Source: Deltaproteobacteria bacterium
Lineage (GTDB): Bacteria > Bacillota > Clostridia > Acetivibrionales > UBA4821
Direction of reading: 5' to 3'
Length of the DNA: 64,000 nt
NCBI GenBank assembly: GCA_050258375.1
Contig: JBLMYQ010000002.1
Coordinates: 29,543 to 93,542 of the forward strand
The first letter of the stretch is position 1. Every line of letters starts with the position of its first letter. The position numbers and the translations under genes are program-made. This document shows positions 17,426-26,133 of this stretch, in pieces. The notes beneath the pieces were generated by a model. It saw nothing but the letters and a program-made list of their open reading frames with translations. It was not told the origin of the DNA and made no database searches.

Positions 17426-19576
17426 TTATAACTCAAGCATCCTATAAATCATTACTACCGCTTCTGCTCTTGTACTGACATCACTTCCAGCAAGCATTCC
17501 GCCTTTTTTGCCTTTTATTATTCCTGCATTTGCTGCTTGGAGGAGACTCTCCCGCGCCCATTGGGGCACATTATTCCAATCAGTAATTTGCTCCTTGGCA
17601 TTTTCTTTAAGATTTATATTTTTATACTTTAATGCTCTTGAAATCATTGCAGCTATTTCCTGCCTGGTGATTTTTTCTTTTGGCTTAAAAGTGTCATCTC
17701 CCAATCCTTTGATTATTCCGATTCTTTTAGCTGTTGAAATATATGGAACAGCCCACGAGCCTATCTTATCCTGATCCCTAAAAATCTTTCCAGATGCGCT
17801 TTCAGGCTTTTCACCTATAGCAGCAACAATCATTCTTACAACCTCTTCCCTGGTAACCTTACGCTCAGGCTCAAATTTTCCTTCTCCTGTTCCCTCAACC
17901 ACACCTTTTAAAACCATATATTCAATTTCTTTTTTTGCCCATATAAAATTCTCTGTAATATCACTAAACTTATGTATATCTGCGTTTATGCCTTGTTCCT
18001 TGCTTTCCAGCATAGCTGGTTCCTTTACTTGTTCTTGCTGCTCTGCCTGTTCAGGCAAATCTGATTCTGCACTTTCGGACCAGAACCATATAACTATATC
18101 CTTATCTTTAACAGTACAATTTTTAGCTGAAACTCCCGGCACTTTCCCATTGACCTTATACTTCCAGCCAGCAGTAGAAGTAAGGTCTTCCTTTATTCCG
18201 TCAATTTCACTTATATATGCATCATCATTTTTTGTTTTAAAGTTAAGCCCTGTTTGATATAAAGCCTGCAAGACAGTTTTCCCATACTTCGTATTCTCAT
18301 CTACTGTTATTTTTTTAAGGGAACAGACTTCTTTTTCTCCCTTGCCTATTACCGATACGCTTATTGTAATACTTCCGGTCTTATCCTCCTGAGGCTCTGA
18401 GCCTGAAGAGCCACCGGGGCTGTTATTCCCTCCCGAAAACGGAATTAAATATTTAAGGTAATACCTGGTTATTGCCGAAATTTCTTCATAAGTTGAATAT
18501 TTTATATCAAAGCCGCTTTTAAAGCTTCCATCTTCATTTTGATTATCAAGCATTGCTGTAATAAGATTTTTGCCGTTCTTATTCCAGATTCCTTCTGTTG
18601 GGTTTATATTCAAATCAATCAGCATCATAACAGCTTCAGCGGTTGTATCACAATTTGGTGCTCCCCAAGCCTCAATAGCACCTGACGCGGTTTGCAATTT
18701 ATTGATTGACTCGATAGCCTTCTTAATAATTGCATGCTGATTGTCACAACCAAGAATCTTCAGAGAACGAACAATCCTTGCTGTTGTGTCTACATCAGTA
18801 AAGCCCCAATCTTCAAAAATACCGTTATTATAGCTTAATCCCTCAAAATACGCAATCAGCTCGTTCTTTTTCGGTATTCCTACCCCGGACTTGTCAAGAG
18901 CTATTATTGCAAGAACATCGGTATAAACACCCTCGCCAAATGTTCCATCATTTTTTTGTTTATCTAATAAAAGCTGAACTACATTCTTGCCATAAAAATC
19001 CTTCGGATTCTTTTTTAATGATGAGAGTGCATATATAAGCTTGGAAAGCTCCCCAGCTGTTGATTTATCAGTTATATTCAAAGAATGAAGATACTCAATA
19101 TATGTACTTTCTCCAGCCTTTGGAATATTAATATCCACTCCTGCATCTCCTAAAGCCGAAGCAATATAATAATGTCCTGTATAGCCTCCAAAGCTGCCAT
19201 CTGCACTCTGTATCCCTCTAAGGTAATTTACTGTCTTTTGAAGTACAGATTGATTATAAATATTAATCTGTACACTTTTTGTCTCTCCTTCATATACTGC
19301 CTTTATGACTGCAGTTTCATTCTTCCCGGAGTCCACAGAATCAAGAGTTATTATGAAATTGCCCTCTTGAGCATCAACCTTCTTATTATTGTAATACCAT
19401 TTAATATCAGAATAAACGCTTTCAGATACGCTGTCGATATTAAGGAGCATTTGCGAATTATTGAGATAGTATTCACCCTGTCTGGGTTGAATGATTTCAA
19501 AATTGGCATATGTAAAACCATACGTTGAAAGCAAAGTAATCAATAACATTATTGTAGATAAACCAAATTTTTTCAT
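17426..19576 (-). CDS. S-layer-anchored transcobalamin-like protein: signal peptide, prenyltransferase/squalene-cyclase-like alpha/alpha-toroid repeats, DUF4430 (transcobalamin-like beta domain), three SLH domains
   Basis: Signal peptide MKKFGLSTIMLLITLLSTYGFTYA; repeats DGSFGG/NDGTFG/ASGAIEAWG/NEDGSFKSG; DUF4430-like ITISVSVIG...KDIVIWFW; SLH x3 (FSDITENFIWAKKEIEYMVLKGVVEG..., FRDQDKIGSWAVPYIS..., ITDWNNVPQWARESLLQAANAGII...); last gene of B12-riboswitch operon. Confidence 0.75.
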   Translation of the reverse strand: MKKFGLSTIMLLITLLSTYGFTYANFEIIQPRQGEYYLNNSQMLLNIDSVSESVYSDIKWYYNNKKVDAQEGNFIITLDSVDSGKNETAVIKAVYEGETKSVQINIYNQSVLQKTVNYLRGIQSADGSFGGYTGHYYIASALGDAGVDINIPKAGESTYIEYLHSLNITDKSTAGELSKLIYALSSLKKNPKDFYGKNVVQLLLDKQKNDGTFGEGVYTDVLAIIALDKSGVGIPKKNELIAYFEGLSYNNGIFEDWGFTDVDTTARIVRSLKILGCDNQHAIIKKAIESINKLQTASGAIEAWGAPNCDTTAEAVMMLIDLNINPTEGIWNKNGKNLITAMLDNQNEDGSFKSGFDIKYSTYEEISAITRYYLKYLIPFSGGNNSPGGSSGSEPQEDKTGSITISVSVIGKGEKEVCSLKKITVDENTKYGKTVLQALYQTGLNFKTKNDDAYISEIDGIKEDLTSTAGWKYKVNGKVPGVSAKNCTVKDKDIVIWFWSESAESDLPEQAEQQEQVKEPAMLESKEQGINADIHKFSDITENFIWAKKEIEYMVLKGVVEGTGEGKFEPERKVTREEVVRMIVAAIGEKPESASGKIFRDQDKIGSWAVPYISTAKRIGIIKGLGDDTFKPKEKITRQEIAAMISRALKYKNINLKENAKEQITDWNNVPQWARESLLQAANAGIIKGKKGGMLAGSDVSTRAEAVVMIYRMLEL

Positions 19577-19597
19577 GCCTTCCTCCTGAATTTCTTA

Positions 19598-20875
19598 TTA
19601 TTTACCTGCACTGCTTTCCCTAATTACTTGATAAACACTTTTTAAATTATAATAATCCGCAAGTGCGGTTAATGCCCTCGTAGTTGCCATCATATCCGCC
19701 TCTCCTCCTCGGATATGGCTAAAGCTTCCATCCGAGAGCTGAAATGATATTATAAAATCAATCATATTTTTATCTTTTTCTTTTATCCATTCTTCAGAGG
19801 TTGGATCAATCCCTATTGCAACCAATCCCTGAACTACTGCCGAAGCTGTGTCAGGGTTTTCCTGACCGAATATCTCGAACCCACCGGAGGAGCTTTGTCT
19901 GGATTTGATAAACTCAACAGCCTTTTTAACCTCTTTATCATTTTTATTTTTCCCCAGGGCACTAAACCCAACAAGAGCCATACCAGTCATATCCATGTCA
20001 GATTTTGCTCCTGTGAATATTCCGAATCCACCATCAGAATTCTGCCTGGAAATCAGCCAGTCATAAGCCCTTTCGGAATTTGATATCCTTTCACCTGCAC
20101 AATACAAGGATATTATCCCCCAAATGTGTGAATTAAGAAGCTTCTCTCCTTTTCCCTGTATTGTATCTGCAAACTTGCCGGAAGCCGTTTGACTTTTTAT
20201 CACTGCTTCTACAAAATTTATGCCGGCAAAGCTTTTCGGATTTTTCCCCACCGATAAAATTCCGATTATTGTTCTCTGATAATCAGTTGCCCTCTCCGCA
20301 TCAAAATCATTGCCTTCTTTTATTTCTTTCTCTTTCCAATCCAATGCCTTTTTATAGTTATCCGGCTCTGAGCTTCTCTCAATCGAATACATTGCCGCAG
20401 CAGGCCAATCAAGGTATCCTTTAAAATCATTTTTCAAAAAATATGACTTTATATAATTTCCGGTGAGCTTCATAGAATTTAAAGTACGTTCACGTATTAT
20501 TGAATTTCCAGTATTTCTAAAATTAATTTCATTATTCTTTTGGGCTGAAAAAAAATTAGTCTTATGTTGGTTCCTTGTAACTTCAACTTGATTTTTATTA
20601 CTTACTTTTTCTTCATTCTCTTTTATGGAAGCATTGTTAAATTGCTTCTCCTGAATTTCATCCGTTTTAGATAAAGGTACTATCTCAGTCCTTTTTATTA
20701 CTGGTTTTGAGGCTGAAGCTTTGTCCAAAGCCTTTGAGGAAACAAAAATCTGTGTTTTTTTATTTGCCTGATCAGCCATGCCCTTAGTAAAGACAGCAAT
20801 ACCTATTAACATAAAGCTAGCTATTATTCCGATTAAAATACCTTTTTTCTTAATATCCCTCACTCCTTTGGCCAT
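19598..20875 (-). CDS. membrane-anchored protein with prenyltransferase-like alpha/alpha-toroid repeats (transcobalamin alpha-domain-like)
   Basis: N-terminal TM anchor, low-complexity linker, then repeats SQTASGKFAD / SRQNSDGGFG / SRQSSSGGFE typical of squalene-cyclase/prenyltransferase repeat fold. Confidence 0.6.
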   Translation of the reverse strand: MAKGVRDIKKKGILIGIIASFMLIGIAVFTKGMADQANKKTQIFVSSKALDKASASKPVIKRTEIVPLSKTDEIQEKQFNNASIKENEEKVSNKNQVEVTRNQHKTNFFSAQKNNEINFRNTGNSIIRERTLNSMKLTGNYIKSYFLKNDFKGYLDWPAAAMYSIERSSEPDNYKKALDWKEKEIKEGNDFDAERATDYQRTIIGILSVGKNPKSFAGINFVEAVIKSQTASGKFADTIQGKGEKLLNSHIWGIISLYCAGERISNSERAYDWLISRQNSDGGFGIFTGAKSDMDMTGMALVGFSALGKNKNDKEVKKAVEFIKSRQSSSGGFEIFGQENPDTASAVVQGLVAIGIDPTSEEWIKEKDKNMIDFIISFQLSDGSFSHIRGGEADMMATTRALTALADYYNLKSVYQVIRESSAGK

Positions 20876-21500
20876 ATTTTGCTCTCACTTGGGTAACCCT
20901 GTTTTCCTCCTCTATTTTTACATCAATGCTCATTTTCCTTTGAAACCTTGTTACTATATTCACAAACTCAGCACCAAACAACCATGCAAAAATTATGTTT
21001 CCGGCCCCATGCAAGGTATCAAACCAAAAGCTTGAGGCACATAATATCAGATAGCCCTTTAAGCTGTGCGGAGAAGTATATGAGTACCAAGTCCAGAAAT
21101 TCATTATCCATCCAAAAAGGAATCCCCATACTCCACAAAAAATCGCAAAAGCTGGTTTATTAAAACCAATCTTGATTTTTCCAGCCAAGCCTGCCGTTAC
21201 TCCAGCAAATCCCCAGTCAATCATTTGCCAGGGAGTCCAGGGACCTTGTCCCAAAAAAAAGTTTGAAATTCCGGCAGAGAGAACTCCGGTAACAAATCCA
21301 GCCAGCGGTCCCATTGAATAGCCTGTAACAATTACTATAAACGTAGTTGGCTGAACATTAGGAATTGCTGCAAAAGGAATTCTTCCTAATGCCCCCAGCG
21401 CAGACATTATTGATATAAGCGCAATCTGCTTTGAGTTTATGTTTCTCTTTTCATAAATATATAGCCCAACGGCAATAAAAATAATTATTAGTATGGTCAT
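20850..21500 (-). CDS. ECF transporter S (substrate-capture) component, candidate cobalamin-specific (CbrT-like)
   Basis: 216 aa, 6 TM small integral membrane protein between EcfAA'/EcfT and B12-riboswitch context; RBS GGGGGTGA + ATG. Confidence 0.6.
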   Translation of the reverse strand: MTILIIIFIAVGLYIYEKRNINSKQIALISIMSALGALGRIPFAAIPNVQPTTFIVIVTGYSMGPLAGFVTGVLSAGISNFFLGQGPWTPWQMIDWGFAGVTAGLAGKIKIGFNKPAFAIFCGVWGFLFGWIMNFWTWYSYTSPHSLKGYLILCASSFWFDTLHGAGNIIFAWLFGAEFVNIVTRFQRKMSIDVKIEEENRVTQVRAKYGQRSEGY

Positions 21501-21545
21501 AACTCACCCCCTGCCCCCTCTCTTAAAATAGAGGGGAATATAACT
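21501..21545. repeat. TAACTCACCCCCTGCCCCCTCTC + CCCCTCT..AGAGGGG hairpin element between ecfA and S-component gene (includes its RBS/start)
   Basis: repeat family member; rc gives GGGGGTGAGTTATG start context. Confidence 0.5.
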
Positions 21546-23187
21546 TCCTTTTAAGACTCTGTACCCTTCTAATTCTTCCCTCACCCATACCTTTAAACAA
21601 TTTATTAACCTGTGAAGGAAAATACAGATTATTATTCAAAATCTCTTCCCTTGTCCCATCCGCTGCTATTTCTCCTTCATGCATAATAACAACCCTTTCG
21701 CAGTATTGCACTGAAAAATCCACATCATGGGTTACAAGGATAATTGCTGCTCCTCTTTTTTGCAAATCCAGAAGCATTTCTCCAAGAGCCTTTTTGTTTT
21801 TATAATCCATTCCACGGGTAGGCTCATCCAGAAGAATTATTCCTTGAAACATACACATTATACTTGCAAGCGCCACCCTTTGTTTTTGACCTGAGCTTAA
21901 ATCCCTGGGGTTCTTATCCTTAAATTTATCCAACCCAAGAACCTCCATAAGCCCATTTGTTTCGTCATTCCATTTCCTATTAAAATTCTTTAGAGTAAAT
22001 AAAACCTCATCCTTTACTGTATCGTTGAAAAGGTAATCATCCGGATTTTGTCCCAGATAAGAGATTCTTTGAGCCAGCTCATAAACACTCTTTCCTTCGT
22101 TGGAAACCCCAGCCGCCTCAATTGTTCCACTATCAGGCATTAACAGACCGTTGATATTTTTTAAAAGAGTCGTCTTTCCTGCTCCATTTTGACCAAGGAT
22201 TGCTATAAATTCTCCCTTTTTAACCTCAAGATTAATATCTTTTAAAGCATTCTTAAAATTATCATACGAAAAATTCAGCTTGCTGATTTTTACTGCTGTT
22301 TCCCTATGTACCTCAGTTCCACTTTTTAAATATTTCAAAGAAAGGGCTTGCAGATGATTTATCTCTGTTTCGGATAATCCCGCAAGGACTTTGTGCCCTT
22401 CCTCTACAGTGATTGGAATTTTTTCAAGATTAAATCCGAAAAATAATTTTGGAATAACCGGAACAAATTCAAATCCGGTTTTATCTGCCCACCCGCAGTA
22501 TTCGTCTGCTGCACCATCAAATACTATTCTGCCTCCATCCATAGCAATAACCCTATCAGCAAAATGAAGACATTTTTCAAGCTTTTGTTCGGCCATTATT
22601 ATAGTTTTATTACTGCGCTTTGCAACCTTTTTTATTGTATTCATCAACTCTTCCGATGATTTTGGATCTATCTGCGAAGTAGGCTCATCAAGAAGCAGTA
22701 CATCAGGATTCATTCCAAGTACCGAAGCAAGTGCAACCTTTTGTTTTTGACCGGAAGAAAGCATATTAATCTTTTTATCTGTAAGCCTTTGTATGCCAAC
22801 AGTGCGAATAACTTCAGCCATTTTCCCTTTAGCTTCATCCTTATTTATTCCCATATTCTCCATTGGCAGTAATATTTCTCTTTCTACAGTTGAGCAAACA
22901 AGCTGTTTTTCCGGGTCCTGAAAAAGCATTCCGACTTTAGGCGCAAGCGATTTTAAATTTTTCAACATATTTAAATCACCAACAAATGCGCTGCCTGATA
23001 TTCTGCCTCCATAAAATGCTGGAACCAATCCCGCCAACAGCTTCAATAATGTTGATTTCCCACATCCTGAATGTCCGACCAGCAGAATCATTTCTCCCCG
23101 CCTTATTCTCAAATTAATATTTTCCAAAGCAGGCAAAAAAGAGTCCGGATAAAAATATGTTAGGTTTTCTATTTTAAAGTTTTGCAT
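21523..23187 (-). CDS. ecfA: energy-coupling factor transporter ATPase, fused tandem EcfA-EcfA' (CbiO-like)
   Basis: Two ABC domains each with Walker A (GHSGCGKST; GQNGAGKTT), LSGGQ-type signatures (LSSGQKQ twice), Walker B LLLDEPT / ILLDEPT. Confidence 0.85.
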   Translation of the reverse strand: MQNFKIENLTYFYPDSFLPALENINLRIRRGEMILLVGHSGCGKSTLLKLLAGLVPAFYGGRISGSAFVGDLNMLKNLKSLAPKVGMLFQDPEKQLVCSTVEREILLPMENMGINKDEAKGKMAEVIRTVGIQRLTDKKINMLSSGQKQKVALASVLGMNPDVLLLDEPTSQIDPKSSEELMNTIKKVAKRSNKTIIMAEQKLEKCLHFADRVIAMDGGRIVFDGAADEYCGWADKTGFEFVPVIPKLFFGFNLEKIPITVEEGHKVLAGLSETEINHLQALSLKYLKSGTEVHRETAVKISKLNFSYDNFKNALKDINLEVKKGEFIAILGQNGAGKTTLLKNINGLLMPDSGTIEAAGVSNEGKSVYELAQRISYLGQNPDDYLFNDTVKDEVLFTLKNFNRKWNDETNGLMEVLGLDKFKDKNPRDLSSGQKQRVALASIMCMFQGIILLDEPTRGMDYKNKKALGEMLLDLQKRGAAIILVTHDVDFSVQYCERVVIMHEGEIAADGTREEILNNNLYFPSQVNKLFKGMGEGRIRRVQSLKRKLYSPLF

Positions 23188-24089
23188 TTATCAGACCTCC
23201 ATGAAAGTATCGCCGGCATGATAACCAATAGCGGTAAAAAGCCAACTACTATCCATACCCAAGCTGCATTATTGATAGTAAAACCAAGCCTTGGGAAGAA
23301 CTTAAAAGCTAAAAAGCCTCCTGAATAATTAAAAATTGTAATAAAAACAACCATTATTCCAGCAAATATAAGCCAAAAATCTTTTAATCCAAAGCTTTCA
23401 TCATAGTGCCTTCTGCGTTTTGCAGCTCCATAGCCTTTTGATTCAAGCGCCTCCGCTGTCTGCATGGAACCTTCGAGACTCGAAAAAAGCAATATCTTTA
23501 TAAACGGCCACCCGGCTTTAATACGTTTAAATATATTTTTCGAATCAAGCTGTACTCCTCTTGTCATTTGAACCTCAGCAATCCTTTTGGTACTTTCCAT
23601 CATGGAAGGAATCATTTTTGCGGTAAGTGCTGCAGTAACAGCCGAACGTGGAGCTGCAAATGAAATTAAATTAAAAATTTTATCAGCTTCAACGCAAATA
23701 TTTAAAAATACAAATAACAAAACAGTGTTAACAAGCTTAAGCATTAATACCAAAGCGAATATCAGACATTCCAATGTGATTTTTATATCCCCAAAGACAG
23801 GAACCTCGGTCAGCCTGAATAATACAGTTGCGCCTCTACTATTTACGATTGGATTTATCAGCATTATTGGTATCCCAATGAAGGCAGCAAGAATCAATGC
23901 ATTCTTAATAGCTTTTCTATCAGCAGACATTATCAGCAAGCAGATAGAACCAAAGAAAATTATCTGCACAGCCGGATTATTTGTAACTGAAACAAAAATA
24001 AGCATACAGGTCAAATAAATTATTAATGCCAATGTATTAAATGATTTGAAAAAGTCCTTCACTGTTTTCCTCCAATACTCCTTACACAA
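23169..24089 (-). CDS. ecfT: energy-coupling factor transporter transmembrane component EcfT (CbiQ family); start uncertain
   Basis: Polytopic membrane protein overlapping ecfA; CbiQ-like length and hydropathy. Confidence 0.7.
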   Translation of the reverse strand: MCKEYWRKTVKDFFKSFNTLALIIYLTCMLIFVSVTNNPAVQIIFFGSICLLIMSADRKAIKNALILAAFIGIPIMLINPIVNSRGATVLFRLTEVPVFGDIKITLECLIFALVLMLKLVNTVLLFVFLNICVEADKIFNLISFAAPRSAVTAALTAKMIPSMMESTKRIAEVQMTRGVQLDSKNIFKRIKAGWPFIKILLFSSLEGSMQTAEALESKGYGAAKRRRHYDESFGLKDFWLIFAGIMVVFITIFNYSGGFLAFKFFPRLGFTINNAAWVWIVVGFLPLLVIMPAILSWRSDKCKTLK

Positions 24090-25012
24090 GGAAGCCTTTG
24101 AAGCTTTCCTTTATAGGCAATTCCATAATAGCCTTCTATACTTTCCGGTTTTGAGAAAATTAAATCTGTCAAAGCTTCTATTCCTTTATGCTCCAAAGAG
24201 GTAACAACCCATACAGGGGCAGTATCCCCCAGAGAATTTGCTATCGCAAATACTATTCCGGTTTTGGAATCGCATACATCTTCAACTGAACCTGCGCAAT
24301 TCAAAAGGGATATTTCTCCTTTCCCAAATCTTACAGGCATTCCCCTGCTCTCACCGTCAGAAAGCAAAGCTGTAACGCTCTTATTCTTTATCAGATTTGC
24401 GTATTCTCCAACTAATATGCAAGGATAACCAGCAGCTACTTTAATTTTTTCAGGCAAAGGTTCTTCAATAATATTTTGCGCTTTTAAATTAGCAAGGCTT
24501 TGTTTAATCTTTAATGCCTCATTCTTATTCCCTTCAGAATAATAGATTCTCGTTCCCTTTGTCATGCCTTTAAAGCCATTGACAAAAGGCTCAGGATACG
24601 CACCTATTATTGCCGGAATAAAGCTGTTTCCATTCCACTGGTGATAATCCCATAAAAGCTTATCACCCTTCTTTAGATGATAAGCTTTGGATGAACAATT
24701 TGAAGCAATACCATTTACATAGTAAAACCAATCCTTTCCCGACTCGCTTTCAATCGAGGAGCTTAATCCATTTATTGCCTTAACAAAACCTCCGGTAGAT
24801 GCTTCAACTTCAAGATTCTTTTCAAGTATATCCAAAACAGTTTCTCCGGCTTCAACCAAAACAGTTTTCTCAAATAGGATTTCTGAACCAAACTCCCTGC
24901 TTACAATAAGCTCAACCTCAAAGGGTCTGTCCATTCCTTCATTATTATTCACAGAACATCCTGATAATAATAACAGCGATATTATAAGTATGTATTTTAA
25001 TTTTTCAAGCAT
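24059..25012 (-). CDS. lipoprotein with N-terminal DUF4430 (transcobalamin-like beta domain) plus second domain
   Basis: Lipobox LLLLSGCS; DUF4430-like VELIVSREFG...GDKLLWDYH; first gene after riboswitch; ORF-track start is TTG, ATG (MLEKLK) preceded by GGGAGTGAAGG. Confidence 0.65.
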   Translation of the reverse strand: MLEKLKYILIISLLLLSGCSVNNNEGMDRPFEVELIVSREFGSEILFEKTVLVEAGETVLDILEKNLEVEASTGGFVKAINGLSSSIESESGKDWFYYVNGIASNCSSKAYHLKKGDKLLWDYHQWNGNSFIPAIIGAYPEPFVNGFKGMTKGTRIYYSEGNKNEALKIKQSLANLKAQNIIEEPLPEKIKVAAGYPCILVGEYANLIKNKSVTALLSDGESRGMPVRFGKGEISLLNCAGSVEDVCDSKTGIVFAIANSLGDTAPVWVVTSLEHKGIEALTDLIFSKPESIEGYYGIAYKGKLQRLPCVRSIGGKQ

Positions 25013-25038
25013 TCTCAACCTTCACTCCCAACTTATCT

Positions 25039-25067
25039 AAAAAGCCCTTCTCACAAAAGAGAAGGGC
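25039..25067 (-). terminator. riboswitch expression-platform terminator (GCCCTTCTC-loop-GAGAAGGGC + T-run)
   Basis: Perfect 9-bp stem then TTTTT on minus strand immediately 3' of the cobalamin aptamer; alternative pairing with upstream GGGAGAAGGAGGGC suggests antiterminator. Confidence 0.7.
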
Positions 25068-25094
25068 ATGAAAACAAAAAAGCCCTCCTTCTCC

Positions 25095-25262
25095 CACCGA
25101 AAAGGATTTCCAGCACTGTTTCATCCACTCAGATATCCTGGCTCAGGTTCATTCTTCTCCTTCCCTTCCCGGTTCAATCCAGTGGGTATCTAAGGAGTCG
25201 TCACCATTACAGTAGCGGGGGCTGCGACGGATTCTAACCGTCTTTCCTGAAAAGCGTGGACA
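25095..25262 (-). promoter_or_regulatory. cobalamin (AdoCbl) riboswitch
   Basis: Minus-strand sequence GGTTAGAATCCGTCGCAGCCCCCGCTACTGTAATGGTGACGACTCC...ACCCACTGG...GGGAAGGGAAGG matches B12-element core (GGTnAnAATCC, GCnGnCCCGC..CTGTAA, B12 box CCACTG, GGGAAGG). Confidence 0.8.
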
Positions 25263-25283
25263 TTTTTATTCTTTTATATCGGG

Positions 25284-25312
25284 ATTATATAATATAAAAA
25301 TATTTAATTCAA
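25284..25312 (-). promoter_or_regulatory. sigmaA-type promoter TTGAAT-N17-TATAAT driving the riboswitch/ECF operon
   Basis: rc of 25307..25312 = TTGAAT, rc of 25284..25289 = TATAAT, 17-nt spacer. Confidence 0.6.
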
Positions 25313-25343
25313 GGCAGTTTTTCAAATTAATAGGATACACTTT

Positions 25344-25913
25344 CTACGAAAGCTTTTCTCTTAAATTACCAAAGATGCTGTCTATTCTTCTTACTCCAGT
25401 TGTATCAAGGATATATTCATAATTCTGCATAATATCTATTGCCAATTTTTTATCAGTACTGAAGCTGAAACAATTGATAAAATATACAGGAACAGCAATA
25501 TCCTGCAGCGTTCCCTCAGTTTCAATCATAATATTGCTAAGTTCTTCAAATGCTCCATGAATGCATATTATTACACCTTCATTTGAACAGTATCTTGCCA
25601 TAAGACCTATAATTTTACAAATAAAATTCCTGAACTGCTTATTCTCCGACATCTCTTTTATAGATTTTACAGGAAATTGAATAACATTATCAGAAAGCTT
25701 CTGCCTATCTATATTACAGCCGATACAATCTGATTTTTCAATAAGTTTGCTTCTTATATCATCATCAGTAAAAATAAGAACCTTTGACCCTTTCCCAACT
25801 TTCTGGGCAATATATTTTCCTACAGTAACCAGAAAATGTCCATTCCCTGTATAAAGATTGCATATTTTATTAAAAACTACATTGTTTGTATCACTTGTAT
25901 ATGGAACTTTCAA
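25344..25913 (-). CDS. hypothetical cytoplasmic protein (TTG start)
   Basis: 189-aa ORF, RBS GGAGGAA 6 nt before TTG; no recognisable motifs. Confidence 0.45.
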   Translation of the reverse strand: MKVPYTSDTNNVVFNKICNLYTGNGHFLVTVGKYIAQKVGKGSKVLIFTDDDIRSKLIEKSDCIGCNIDRQKLSDNVIQFPVKSIKEMSENKQFRNFICKIIGLMARYCSNEGVIICIHGAFEELSNIMIETEGTLQDIAVPVYFINCFSFSTDKKLAIDIMQNYEYILDTTGVRRIDSIFGNLREKLS

Positions 25914-26133
25914 GCTTTATTCCTCCATTAATAATTATTTGTACCTTCAGTATAATAATATTTCCATATATTTCCTGTCAAGCTTTTATTGTAAAATTTT
26001 GGTAATTATTTTTTTGGTGCTTAATCATTCTTTTAACAATTAATATAATATCCACTAAGTATAATACATAAAATTACGGTCAATAATTACTATAAGAAAA
26101 TAATTCACATACAGTTTAGGGGTGATTGTACAA

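Noticed and set aside
26040-26133. sigmaF-type promoter upstream of spoIIR
   Set aside because: Only a partial match (GGTCAATAAT) to GGnnAnAhTA and no convincing -35, so it was not annotated.
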